Positions 41,348-50,613 are shown, counted from the stretch's first letter. The stretch is 64,000 nt of DNA from an uncultured Candidatus Binatia bacterium (GCA_965215605.1 OZ244070.1:3008001-3072000), one strand, 5' to 3'. The notes: a model not told the origin generated them from the letters alone. Translations and numbers: made by a program.

Positions 41348-41857
41348 ATGGAGGGGCACACCTTCATCTCCGAAAACCCTGCCCGACAGGCCCTGACGGA
41401 GGGCAGGAAGATCGCCGCCATCATCGCCACCATGGGCACCACCGATTCCTTTGGCCTCGACGACCTCCAGGCCATCCCCGCGCTGCGGGACGCGCTGGCG
41501 GATTCCGTGGACGTGGACTTCCACAAGACCGGCTTTGCGCCGTACATCTCCAGCCTGGTGCTGGTGAAGGACCGGGCGGACCTGCAGCGGGTCGCGCGGG
41601 ACCCGGAACAGATGCCGTACCTCTACCAATCCGGGGAATAACCGCCCCGGCATGTACACGCTGGAAACGTCCCGGGCGGGCACCGGCCCCCTCGCCGCCA
41701 TGGCCAACTATCGCCTGTTACCGACTGCTACCGCCGCACCCGCTACGGCGAGCCCATCTACGCCCTCAAGTCCTACATCCTGTCGCCGTTCGTGGACGAA
41801 GCGTACGTCGAGGCCGTCGTCCACAAGATCATGGAAGCGCGGGAGAAGGTGGGGTAG
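41348..41857 (+). pseudogene. Decayed group II PLP-dependent decarboxylase
   Basis: IATMGTTD.FG.D and ADS...DFHKTG (PLP Lys). A +1 insertion at about 41640 creates TAA, and removing it gives EYRPGMYTLETSR. A further frameshift, internal deletions and no N-terminus. Confidence 0.7.
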
Positions 41858-41889
41858 GGGGTGCCGTCCAGCTCGTGCCCGATCCAGGC

Positions 41890-42807
41890 TCAATCGTCCG
41901 GAAAGTAATCCGAGTCGATCCTTTTCACTTCGTAGGTTTCCTCGGTCGTCACTCCGACGCCGTGGTCGATCATGAGCTCGGCGAGTTTGTCTCCGTCGAT
42001 CAGAATGATCTTGGTTTCGATGTTGGCCGCGAACGCCATTGCCTCACGAGAATAAGTGGAAGTAGTGATGAAGACGCCCTTACGGGCGCGCTGTCCCTGA
42101 AGGGCACCAGCAAATTTCTGGACGTCGGGCCTGCCGACGACACTCTCCCAGCGTTTGGCCTGTACGTAAATGATGTCGAGTCCCAGTCGGTCCTCTTTGA
42201 TGATACCGTCTATGCCCTCGTCGCCGGAGCGGCCTATCGCCTCCCCGGCTTCCTGTCGTGAACCGCCGTAGCCCATACGGAGGAGTAGATCCACGACCAG
42301 TTGCTCGAAGAAAGAGGGGGGCGACTCCAGAACTGCCGTAAGCAACTCGCCTGCCAAATTCTTGCGTAGCACTAGGTACGCATCCTGGAGGGTTTCCTCG
42401 GGCGTGTCTTCCTGGTCTCCGTTAGTCGGAGGGGTTTCTCCAACCTGCAATGAGGGCTGGCGGCGACGCTGCTGAAAGCTCTTGAACTCTTCGAACTGTT
42501 CAAGAAATTTGATATTGATCGCCGAGGGTTTGCCAGCGAGAACCTCACGTCCCCTTTCCGTGATGCGAAAGTAGCCCCTCTTGGGAGATTCCAGTAGGCC
42601 GGCATTTGTGAGGTATGACCGAGCCCAGTTGATTCGGTTGACAAACCTTGGCTGGCGGCCACTCGGCAAGATTTCCCTTTTCTCATCCTCCGTTAAGTTG
42701 AAGCGTTGGGCCAGAATGTCGTATGTTTGGCGGCGATGGCGGGTTTCCCCGTCTGCGGCCAGCTCCAGCAAAGGTAACATTAAAGACTGAAAGTCTGGGA
42801 TCGGCAT
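41890..42807 (-). CDS. mrr: Mrr type IV restriction endonuclease
   Basis: MPIPDFQSLMLPLL, NRINWA, FFEQLVVDLL..MGYG, DEGIDG, VQAKRW and GVFITTS. Confidence 0.95.
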   Translation of the reverse strand: MPIPDFQSLMLPLLELAADGETRHRRQTYDILAQRFNLTEDEKREILPSGRQPRFVNRINWARSYLTNAGLLESPKRGYFRITERGREVLAGKPSAINIKFLEQFEEFKSFQQRRRQPSLQVGETPPTNGDQEDTPEETLQDAYLVLRKNLAGELLTAVLESPPSFFEQLVVDLLLRMGYGGSRQEAGEAIGRSGDEGIDGIIKEDRLGLDIIYVQAKRWESVVGRPDVQKFAGALQGQRARKGVFITTSTYSREAMAFAANIETKIILIDGDKLAELMIDHGVGVTTEETYEVKRIDSDYFPDD

Positions 42808-42947
42808 GCGTGTTCTCCGGTCAAACGTATTCTGCCGGGGTAGCAGCGTGTCCTGTACTGGGGATGCGAGCGGCCGTCCGATTGTATTTCTGTGAAGTAG
42901 CTCCTACTCAACCGGGAGCATGAGGCCACAGGAAGCTCGGAGTGTCC

Positions 42948-43163
42948 TTAACCAGCCCGATAGGTCCGCACCGGCAGCGCTTCCGTCTCCAACGTGGAAA
43001 GATCGAGTCGCTTGGACGCATGGTCGATGTCGAAGCCGACAACGTCCCCGTTGGCGTCAAGGTCGACGTTGAGTCCTGCCGCAACTTCGCGGGTTTCTGT
43101 GCCCGGTCCGACCTTGAGCTCGACGTACAGGCTGTCGGTTTCGGAGTAGTAGTGTAGTTTCAT
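42948..43163 (-). CDS. DUF2283-family protein (putative antitoxin)
   Basis: YYSETDSLYVEL, VDLD..G.VVG.DI.HAS. Confidence 0.85.
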   Translation of the reverse strand: MKLHYYSETDSLYVELKVGPGTETREVAAGLNVDLDANGDVVGFDIDHASKRLDLSTLETEALPVRTYRAG

Positions 43164-43423
43164 CACTCTTCCTTTCGAAAACCGCGATCAAAGAAAGCAT
43201 TGTGGATCGTCGCGCCATCATCGAGTGTGACCACGCGTAGGATACGCGCTGTCGCTTGTCCCGAGGGTGTGACTTCGCCCCAGAAACGTATCCGACCATC
43301 CGCTTGTGTTTCACGTCGAATGGGTGCGGCGATGACTTCAACACACCAACGTGGATCAATGTAAGGGCGCTTGCGCCGTACCTGCTCCTCGAAGTACCGC
43401 GTCGTCTTTGTGACCTCCGCCAT
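43163..43423 (-). CDS. Putative RelE/BrnT-fold toxin paired with DUF2283
   Basis: KRPYI, DGRIRFWG and LRVVTL.DG.TIHNAFFDR. TGATG coupling to the DUF2283 gene. Confidence 0.65.
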   Translation of the reverse strand: MAEVTKTTRYFEEQVRRKRPYIDPRWCVEVIAAPIRRETQADGRIRFWGEVTPSGQATARILRVVTLDDGATIHNAFFDRGFRKEE

Positions 43424-43452
43424 CAATCGTCCCAGTCAGCCCTTCCTCCCGG

Positions 43453-44550
43453 TCACTCCCCATCCAGCTCCCTGTGCAGCCACCTGAGAATCGTCGGAAA
43501 CACGTCCGGCGACTCGCCCATGTGGCCGCCGGGGAAAAGGCGCATGGCCTTGGGGCTGCCGCATTCCAGCAGCATGAAGAAGTCCTCGATGGGGACCTGG
43601 AGGTCGTCCTTGCCGTTGACCAGGAGCATAGGGGCGCAGGGCTTGTCGAGCAGGCCCTGGTCCTTGAGGGAGAGGATGGGCATGACCTCGCAGAGCTCGT
43701 CGAAGGTCCGCTTGCCGAAGAGGTTGGCCCGGGCCTCGATGAGGTCGAACAGGTAGGACGAGGCGTTGCGGGAGCGCTGCTGCCATTCGGGCTGGAAGAA
43801 CCCGTGGATGCCGCCGCCCCAGTTGACCGCGGCGCGCAGCCGTTCCGGCTCCACGTGGGCGAGCTTGGTGGACCAGTAGCCGCCGAAGCTGGCGCCCAGG
43901 GCGGCGATGCGGGACGCGTCCACTTCCGGCCGGGTCACCAGGTAGTCCAACGCCGTGCTGTAGACCTCGTGGGCGGTGTCGGACGCGAGAACCGGGGACT
44001 CGCCGGTGCCGGGGCTGTCCATGATGAAGCAGCCCCAGTCCTCGGCCAGCATGGACTCCACGAAGTTGTGGCGGTCCTCCTTCCAGTTGTCGATGCCGCC
44101 CCAGTGCATGATCACCGGCGCCGGCCGCCGGGCCGGAAGGCGCAGGTAGCCCACCACCTCCTTGTCGCGCAGGGGCAGGGCGATGCGCTCCAGCGGCGGG
44201 TCGAAGTAGCGCGCCGCGGCGAGGTAGTTCTCGATGGTCTTGCGGTAGGCTTCCTGCTTGCCGGGCGAGCTGGGGAAGGGGTGGCGCGCCGTGCCGTAGT
44301 AGCCGGCGGCCTGGAAGTAAGCCTCTTTCGCCTGGTCTTTCTGCTCCCGGGCCTCCGCGTCCCTGGCCGCCTGCTCCCAGCGGGCTCCGGGCCGGCTCCA
44401 GGCCTCGGCCCAGTGGTCGGCGTCCAGACCGTTCATCTCGGCCAGCACGCCTTCGGCCTCGGCCGCATCCATGAGGTGAAACGGGCTGCGCCTGCCCACG
44501 CGTTTGCGTATGCGGTCCTTGATTTCGTCGAGAGTTGCGGCCTGCGCCAT
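43453..44550 (-). CDS. Alpha/beta hydrolase (paralogue of 10059-11189)
   Basis: HWGGIDNWKED, GASFGGYW, NGKDD and GGHMG. Confidence 0.85.
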   Translation of the reverse strand: MAQAATLDEIKDRIRKRVGRRSPFHLMDAAEAEGVLAEMNGLDADHWAEAWSRPGARWEQAARDAEAREQKDQAKEAYFQAAGYYGTARHPFPSSPGKQEAYRKTIENYLAAARYFDPPLERIALPLRDKEVVGYLRLPARRPAPVIMHWGGIDNWKEDRHNFVESMLAEDWGCFIMDSPGTGESPVLASDTAHEVYSTALDYLVTRPEVDASRIAALGASFGGYWSTKLAHVEPERLRAAVNWGGGIHGFFQPEWQQRSRNASSYLFDLIEARANLFGKRTFDELCEVMPILSLKDQGLLDKPCAPMLLVNGKDDLQVPIEDFFMLLECGSPKAMRLFPGGHMGESPDVFPTILRWLHRELDGE

Positions 44551-44632
44551 GATGGGTTCCTCCGGTTGGATGTAGCTTGTCGTGAAACCGCGGCTCGAGA
44601 TATCGGCGCCGAGGCCACCGGCCCGCGTTCGG

Positions 44633-44663
44633 TTGAGAATATCACGATTTCGTAATACAGAAT
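44633..44663 (+). promoter_or_regulatory. Putative promoter with palindromic operator upstream of the TPR-cox operon
   Basis: TTGAGA at 44633, followed by the near-perfect palindrome TATCACGA-TT-TCGTAATA (44640-44657). Confidence 0.5.
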
Positions 44664-44685
44664 AAGTCCATCGGGTTAGAGGGAC

Positions 44686-45018
44686 ATGACCAAAGAGGAC
44701 CATTACATCCAGGGCATGGAGGCGTATGCCGATGACCGGTTGGAGGAGGCGGTCGAGTCGTACACGAAGGCTCTGGCCGACGATCCCGACTACGCCGACG
44801 CGCTGCACGCCCTGGGAATGGCGTACGCGAGTCTGGAACGCCTGGACGAGGCCATCGAAGCGGGCAAGCGCCTGATCGAGGTGAGCCCCGACGATGAGCT
44901 TGCCTACACGAGCCTTTCCATCTTCTACCAGCGCAAGGGGATGATCGAGGAGGCCGAAGCCGTCGGCGCCAAGGCCAGGACCCTGGCGTGGAAACGGCAG
45001 CTCGCCGAGAACAAGTAG
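44686..45018 (+). CDS. Tetratricopeptide-repeat protein
   Basis: EEAVESYTKAL..DPDYADALHALG and LDEAIE...PDD.LAY..L repeats. Confidence 0.85.
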   Translation: MTKEDHYIQGMEAYADDRLEEAVESYTKALADDPDYADALHALGMAYASLERLDEAIEAGKRLIEVSPDDELAYTSLSIFYQRKGMIEEAEAVGAKARTLAWKRQLAENK

Positions 45019-45097
45019 CCGCCGCGGCCCGTAGCGCCGTCGGCGCGCGCGAATCCGCGCTCACAAACACGGGGCCGTCCGCGAAGAAGGGGTACGC

Positions 45098-46030
45098 ATG
45101 AATCTGGACAGCATTACCGTCGAATCGATCCGTGATTCCCTGAGGGAGCGCAAGTACATTTGCGACCGGAGCCTCGCCACCGTGGTCTACCTCTCGGTGC
45201 GGCTGGGGAAGCCGATCCTGCTGGAAGGGGAGGCGGGCGTGGGCAAGACCGAGATCGCCAAGGTGCTCGCCGACGTGCTGCAGACACGGCTGATCCGGCT
45301 CCAGTGCTACGAGGGCCTGGACTCCAACACCGCCCTCTACGAGTGGAACTATCCCAAGCAGATGCTGCGCATCAAGCTCGAGGAAATCGGTTCCCGGGAC
45401 CGGGAGTCGGTGGAGACCGAGATCTTCTCCGAGGACTACCTCATCAGCCGGCCGCTGCTGGACGCCATCCGCACCGACGGCGCCGAGCCCCCGGTGCTGC
45501 TCATCGACGAGATCGACCGCGCCGACATGGAGTTCGAGGCGTTTCTGCTGGAGGTGCTGTCGGATTTCCAGATCAGCATCCCGGAGGTGGGCACCATCCG
45601 GGCGGACAAGCGACCCTACGTCTTCCTCACCTCCAACCGCACCCGGGAGATCCACGACGCGCTCAAGCGGCGTTGCCTCTACCACTGGATCGAGTACCCG
45701 ACGTTCGAGAAGGAGTACGAGATCATCATGACCAAGTATCCGGAGGTCCGGAAGCTCATGGCCGAGCAGATCTGTGCGTTCATGCAGCAGGTGCGGCAGA
45801 TGAACTTCTACAAGCGTCCGGGAGTGGCCGAGACCCTGGACTGGGCGTCGGCGCTGCTGCTGCTGAACCGGGCCGAGCTGGATCCGGAGATCGTGAAGGA
45901 GACGGTGGGCTGCGTGTTCAAGTACCGCGAGGACCTGCACCACCTGGAGGAAGAGCTGTCCGGCGACAAGCTCGACATGGACCGCATCCTCAAGGAGCCG
46001 GCCACGGTGGTGGGCGGGAACGCCCAGTAG
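45098..46030 (+). CDS. MoxR AAA+ ATPase, CoxD-like
   Basis: LEGEAGVGKTE, RLQCYEGLD, LYEWNY, LIDEIDRAD.EFEA and HDALKRRC. Confidence 0.92.
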   Translation: MNLDSITVESIRDSLRERKYICDRSLATVVYLSVRLGKPILLEGEAGVGKTEIAKVLADVLQTRLIRLQCYEGLDSNTALYEWNYPKQMLRIKLEEIGSRDRESVETEIFSEDYLISRPLLDAIRTDGAEPPVLLIDEIDRADMEFEAFLLEVLSDFQISIPEVGTIRADKRPYVFLTSNRTREIHDALKRRCLYHWIEYPTFEKEYEIIMTKYPEVRKLMAEQICAFMQQVRQMNFYKRPGVAETLDWASALLLLNRAELDPEIVKETVGCVFKYREDLHHLEEELSGDKLDMDRILKEPATVVGGNAQ

Positions 46031-46055
46031 CCGCGGGACCGGCCCGGACCTTGCC

Positions 46056-47276
46056 ATGGCCAGAGAGCTGAACGAAGAAGACATCGTCCGCGCGGTGGAG
46101 CGCTACAAGCCTTTGCGTGGACAGGGCACGCTGGCGAACATGCTCATGTTCGGCCGGGTGCTCAAGGACCTGGGTTTCCGCATGGGACTGAGCCAGGTCA
46201 TCGACGCCAACCGCTCCATGCCGCTCATCGACATCCGGAGCCGGCCGGATTTCCATCGGGCGCTGGCCGCCAACATGCTCCACGACCACGAGGACATCGA
46301 GCTCTTCGACCAGGTGTTCGAGGCGTTCTGGCAGGGCGACGCGGAGATCGAAGACGGCATCGAGACCATGGAGGTGCCGGCCCAGAGCCCGGACGAAGCG
46401 CTGGAGTCGTCGGACGACAGCGGCGGCACCGTGGAGGAGACCCTGGCCGAGCAGGAAGGCGCCGGCGACGACGGTCCCACGGACCCGGACCCGCTGATGG
46501 TGCCCACCTACAGCCCCAACGAGCAGCTCAACGAGAAGGACTTCAGCGAGATGGGCATCGAGGAGAGCCGGGCCGTGACCCAGGCCATTCTGCTCATCGC
46601 CTCCAAGATCGCCACCCAGGTGAGCCGCCGCAAGAAGCGGGCGCGCCGGGGCACCGAGATCGATCCCCGGGGCACCATGCGCCGCAACATCAAGTACGGC
46701 GGCGAACTGGTGGAGCTGGTGGCGCGCAAGCGCCGCATCAAGAAGACCCGTGTCGTGTTGCTGTGCGACGTGAGCGGCTCCATGGACTGCTACAGCCGTT
46801 TTCTGATCCAGTTCATGTACGGCCTGCAGAACGAGCTCTGGGGCGTGGAGACCTTTGTCTTCAGCACCACCCTGAGCCGCATCACCCACCTGATCCGCAC
46901 CAAGAACATCGGCAACGCCCTGGAGAAGATCTCCAAGAGCGTGCTGGGGTGGTCCGGAGGCACCAACATCGGACGGTCGCTGGAGATCTTCAACCGCGAC
47001 TTCGCGGCGAGCACCGTCACCCACCGCACCGTGGTGGTCATCATCAGCGACGGCTGGGATCGGGGCGACGTGGGCGTGCTGGAGCGGCAGATGCAGGCCG
47101 TCAAACGGCGTTGCGGCAAGCTCATCTGGCTGAATCCGTTGCTGGCGAGCGAGAACTACGAGCCCTTGTGCAAGGGCATGCAGGCGGCGCTGCCGTACCT
47201 GGACCTGTTCCTTTCGGCGCACAACGCCAACAGCCTGGTCCACCTCGGCCACACCATGCGCAAGCTGGTGGCCTAG
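46056..47276 (+). CDS. VWA-domain protein, CoxE-like
   Basis: DVSGSM MIDAS, FSTTL, WSGGT.IG, ISDGWDRG and IWLNP. Confidence 0.92.
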   Translation: MARELNEEDIVRAVERYKPLRGQGTLANMLMFGRVLKDLGFRMGLSQVIDANRSMPLIDIRSRPDFHRALAANMLHDHEDIELFDQVFEAFWQGDAEIEDGIETMEVPAQSPDEALESSDDSGGTVEETLAEQEGAGDDGPTDPDPLMVPTYSPNEQLNEKDFSEMGIEESRAVTQAILLIASKIATQVSRRKKRARRGTEIDPRGTMRRNIKYGGELVELVARKRRIKKTRVVLLCDVSGSMDCYSRFLIQFMYGLQNELWGVETFVFSTTLSRITHLIRTKNIGNALEKISKSVLGWSGGTNIGRSLEIFNRDFAASTVTHRTVVVIISDGWDRGDVGVLERQMQAVKRRCGKLIWLNPLLASENYEPLCKGMQAALPYLDLFLSAHNANSLVHLGHTMRKLVA

Positions 47277-47330
47277 GCAGGGCAGTAACGACGGCAGGCG
47301 GAACGGGCCGGGTCCGGCAAGGAGGCATCC

Positions 47331-47660
47331 ATGGAAAACATCTACGATGACGTAAAGGAGTTCCTGGAAAAGGGCGAAACCGTGGCGGTGGCCACCATCG
47401 TCTCCACCAAGGGCTCGACCCCGCGGGAGGTGGGGGCCAAGATGGTGGTGACGGCCTGGGGCGAGATCCTCGGGACCATCGGCGGAGGTTGCGGCGAGGC
47501 CGACGTCCGGCGCGAGGCCATCGAGGTGGTGCGCACCCGCAAGCCCCGCACCGTGCGCGTGGACCTGCTGGACGACATCTCGTCCGACAGCCCGGCGGTG
47601 TGCGGCGGTATCATGAATGTGTTCATCGATCCCTGGTGGCAGGACGAGGAGAGCGACTGA
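47331..47660 (+). CDS. XdhC/CoxI-family N-terminal domain protein
   Basis: ATIV...GSTPREVGAKM, GTIGGGC and CGG. Confidence 0.88.
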   Translation: MENIYDDVKEFLEKGETVAVATIVSTKGSTPREVGAKMVVTAWGEILGTIGGGCGEADVRREAIEVVRTRKPRTVRVDLLDDISSDSPAVCGGIMNVFIDPWWQDEESD

Positions 47661-47715
47661 GGGACGGGGCGGCAACGCCGGACGGATGGCTGGTGGGCGA
47701 CAAGATCGGAAATGA

Positions 47716-48489
47716 ATGGACGCACTGGTTCAAGAGCTGATCAAGATCAAGAATGAAGGCGCCGGCGCGGTGCTCGTCACGGTGGTGGAGTCCCAGGGAC
47801 TGGACGGGCTCGACAGCGGCGCCAAGTGCCTGATCCGGGACGGACGGATCGTGCTGGGCGAGGTGAACGACGCGGAACTCGAGCAGAGGCTGCTCCATGA
47901 GGCCGCCGAACGGCTCTCGGACGAGCATTCCCGGCTGGTGTCCGTGGAGACCGCGGCGGGAGGGCAGGCGGACATCTTCTTCGAGGTGATGCCGTCGCCG
48001 CCGAAGCTCATCGTCGTCGGAGCCGGACACATCGCCGTGCCGCTGGTGAAGATCGCCAAGCTCATGGACTACTACGTGGTGGTCATCGACGACCGTATCC
48101 TCTTCGCCAACCGTGAGCGCTTCCCCGCCGCCGACGAGGTGGTGGTGGGGGACATGTCCGAGACCGTGAAGGCGCTCGACATCACGCCCACCACCTACGT
48201 GGTGCTCATCACCCGGGGCCACAAGTACGACGAGCCGTGCCTGCGCGAGCTGCTGGACCGGCCCGCCAGGTACATCGGCATGATCGGCAGCAAGCGGCGG
48301 ATCAAGGCGTGCTTCGAACGGTTCAAGGAGGAGGAGCACGTCTCCGAGGAGCTCATTTCCCGGGTCTACGCCCCCATCGGGCTCGACATCGCCACCGAGA
48401 CCCCGGAGGAGATCGCGGTGGGCATCCTGGGCGAGGTCATCAAGGTCCGCCGCGGCGGCAAGGCGCAGTCGCTGTCCCGGAAGCGGTGA
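47716..48489 (+). CDS. XdhC/CoxF-family protein (Rossmann C-terminal domain)
   Basis: VVGAGHIA, DDR, TRGH..D, YIGMIGS and APIGLDI..ETPEEIA. Confidence 0.9.
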   Translation: MDALVQELIKIKNEGAGAVLVTVVESQGLDGLDSGAKCLIRDGRIVLGEVNDAELEQRLLHEAAERLSDEHSRLVSVETAAGGQADIFFEVMPSPPKLIVVGAGHIAVPLVKIAKLMDYYVVVIDDRILFANRERFPAADEVVVGDMSETVKALDITPTTYVVLITRGHKYDEPCLRELLDRPARYIGMIGSKRRIKACFERFKEEEHVSEELISRVYAPIGLDIATETPEEIAVGILGEVIKVRRGGKAQSLSRKR

Positions 48490-48917
48490 GCCGTTCCGGC
48501 GAAATTCAGGTGACGGGGGTGGTGTTCTCGGACTTGGGCCGGGCCGGAGCGTTCCTGGACATTGGCTGGGTGCGGGACGCCATCAGGGAGCGGGTCGGCT
48601 TCGAGCCCTATCCCGGCACATTGAACGTGCGGGCGCGCGGCGCCGACGTGAACCGCTGGGAGGAGGTCCGGCGCCACGGCGTGAAGATCCTGCTGCCGTC
48701 GCCGGATCCGGGTTTCTGCAACGCTTTCCTGTTCACCGGCTCCCTCGGGGGAGGGGATTCCGGACCCGGCGCCCGTGAAAGGGTCGCGGTGGTGGTCCCG
48801 GAGGTGAAGGAATACCCCGCCGACAAACTGGAGATCATCGCCCCGGTGTCGCTGAAGCAGACCCGTTCGGTGCGGGACGGCGACGAGTTGACCGTCGTTT
48901 TCGACCGGGCGCCGTGA
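48486..48917 (+). CDS. CTP-dependent (archaeal-type, DUF120) riboflavin kinase
   Basis: G.V.S.LG.A, GFEPYPGTLNV, LEIIAP..L and DGD. GTGA overlap with the upstream gene. Confidence 0.82.
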   Translation: MSRSGEIQVTGVVFSDLGRAGAFLDIGWVRDAIRERVGFEPYPGTLNVRARGADVNRWEEVRRHGVKILLPSPDPGFCNAFLFTGSLGGGDSGPGARERVAVVVPEVKEYPADKLEIIAPVSLKQTRSVRDGDELTVVFDRAP

Positions 48918-48951
48918 CAGGGAGCAGGACGGTTACAGGAGGTAAGTCAGC

Positions 48952-49545
48952 ATGCGTCGTGTCATCGTAGGGTTGTCGGGGGCCACCGGGTCCATTTACG
49001 GGATCCGCATTCTCCAGGTCCTCGAGCGTCTTCCGGATGTCGAGACTCACCTGGTCATGAGCAAGGCCGCCAAGATGACCCTCCAGGTGGAAACGCCGCA
49101 CTCGGTGAAGGATGTCGAGGAGATGGCGGACGTGGTGCACGACATCAACAACATCGGCGCCAGCATCGCCAGCGGCTCGTTCCGCACCGCGGGCATGGTC
49201 ATCGCGCCGTGCTCCATGAAGTCCATGGGCGGCATCGTGCTCTCCGTGGGCGGCGACCTTCTGGTGCGCGCCTCCGACGTGATCCTCAAGGAACGCAAGA
49301 AGCTCGTGCTGGTGGTCCGCGAGACCCCGCTGCACTTGGGCCACCTCGAGAGCATGGCGCAGCTCACCCGCATGGGCGCCGTGATCTTTCCCCCCGTGCC
49401 CGCGTTCTATCACCGCCCCAAGACCCTGGACGACGTCATCAATCAGACCGTGGCCCGCATCCTGGACCAGTTCGAGATCGAGACCGACATGTTCCACCGG
49501 TGGGACGAGGAGTCCCTGAGCCGCTATCCAGGAGACAAGGAGTAG
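48952..49545 (+). CDS. ubiX: Flavin prenyltransferase UbiX
   Basis: VGLSGATG, ASGS, APCSMKS, RASDV.LKERKKL, RETPL and PP.PAFY. Confidence 0.95.
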   Translation: MRRVIVGLSGATGSIYGIRILQVLERLPDVETHLVMSKAAKMTLQVETPHSVKDVEEMADVVHDINNIGASIASGSFRTAGMVIAPCSMKSMGGIVLSVGGDLLVRASDVILKERKKLVLVVRETPLHLGHLESMAQLTRMGAVIFPPVPAFYHRPKTLDDVINQTVARILDQFEIETDMFHRWDEESLSRYPGDKE

Positions 49546-49592
49546 GCGGAGGCTCACCGCGGAGGATGACGCCTGCCGGCGGGATTTCTCTT

Positions 49593-50066
49593 ATGACCGA
49601 TCTTGAGGAACAGGTCCTCGACTACCTCCGGACCCACAACACCATGACCCTGGGCACCTGCGCGGACGGGGCGCCGTGGAACGCCACGGTGTTCTACGCC
49701 AGCGACAAGTTTCAGCTTTATTTCTTCTCCGCGCCGGACTCGCGCCACTGCGCCAATCTTTCAGCCAACCCGCGGGTGGCGGTGACGGTCCAGGAGGACT
49801 ACCGGGACTGGCGGGAAATCAAGGGGATCCAGCTGGAGGGGACCGTAGATCTCGTGGATTCGGTGATTGCCAAGGGCAAGGCCATGGCGGCGTACGCGCG
49901 CAAGTACCCCGGCGTCATGAAGCTGTTCACGGATCCTTCGAGCGGCATATACCACCGCGCATTTCTCAAGGTGAAGTTCTACCGGGTGACTCCGGAGACG
50001 CTGTACTACATCGACAACCAGCAAGGGTTCGGCAAGAGGCAGGAACTGGTCCTGGGGACGGATTGA
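49593..50066 (+). CDS. Pyridoxamine 5'-phosphate oxidase-like FMN-binding split-barrel protein
   Basis: MTLGT..DGAPW..VFY, SRH..N...NPRVA and IKGIQLEG. Confidence 0.8.
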   Translation: MTDLEEQVLDYLRTHNTMTLGTCADGAPWNATVFYASDKFQLYFFSAPDSRHCANLSANPRVAVTVQEDYRDWREIKGIQLEGTVDLVDSVIAKGKAMAAYARKYPGVMKLFTDPSSGIYHRAFLKVKFYRVTPETLYYIDNQQGFGKRQELVLGTD

Positions 50067-50127
50067 CGCCGCCGGGCCAGGACTGCCGCGGCGTCCGGCG
50101 CCGCTTCGGACCAGAGAGGATCGCTAC

Positions 50128-50613
50128 GTGTCACGACTGGTGGGCAAGGAAATGCCGGACGAGTTGTTCGCGCTGATGAGCGGCAAGGCCGTCGAGGCGG
50201 GCAAGGTTTTCATCATGGCCACGGTGGACGAGCAAGGCTGGTGCCACCCGGCCATGGGATCCTACTACGAGTTGGTGGCCAAGAGCCCGGGCCGCATCCA
50301 TCTGGCCGTGGGCAAGAACAGCACCACGGAACGGAACCTCGTGCGCACCGGCGCCCTGACCCTGGTGGTCACCGACCACGGTCTGAACTACTACCTCAAG
50401 GGTGACGCCAGGCGGACGCGGGAACAACTGGAGGACACCCCTTTCGCGCTGTTTCAGGTGGAGCTCCACACGGTGCTGGAGGACCAGGAACAGGGGGTCA
50501 CCATCGTGACCGGTGTCCGCTACGAGTTGAATCAGAGCGACGACACGGGATTCATGGGACGGATACTGGACAAGGCCCTGGCCGCGTTGGCGGCCGCACC
50601 CTGGGAGACGTAG
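50128..50613 (+). CDS. Second PNPOx-like split-barrel protein
   Basis: ATVDEQGWCHPA, STTERNL.RTG and YLKG.A. Confidence 0.7.
   Translation: MSRLVGKEMPDELFALMSGKAVEAGKVFIMATVDEQGWCHPAMGSYYELVAKSPGRIHLAVGKNSTTERNLVRTGALTLVVTDHGLNYYLKGDARRTREQLEDTPFALFQVELHTVLEDQEQGVTIVTGVRYELNQSDDTGFMGRILDKALAALAAAPWET

Larger units (their letters stand above)
26400..43440. mobile_element. Composite defence island (no integrase or att site visible)
   Basis: Visibly lower GC and different codon usage. Clustered RM, TA, IetAS-like, helicase and Mrr genes, interrupted by a host-like GST gene and a decayed gene. Boundaries are approximate. Confidence 0.7.

Noticed and set aside
45098-48489. Aerobic CO dehydrogenase cluster
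   Set aside because: Only accessory coxD/E/F-like genes are present and there is no coxMSL in the window.
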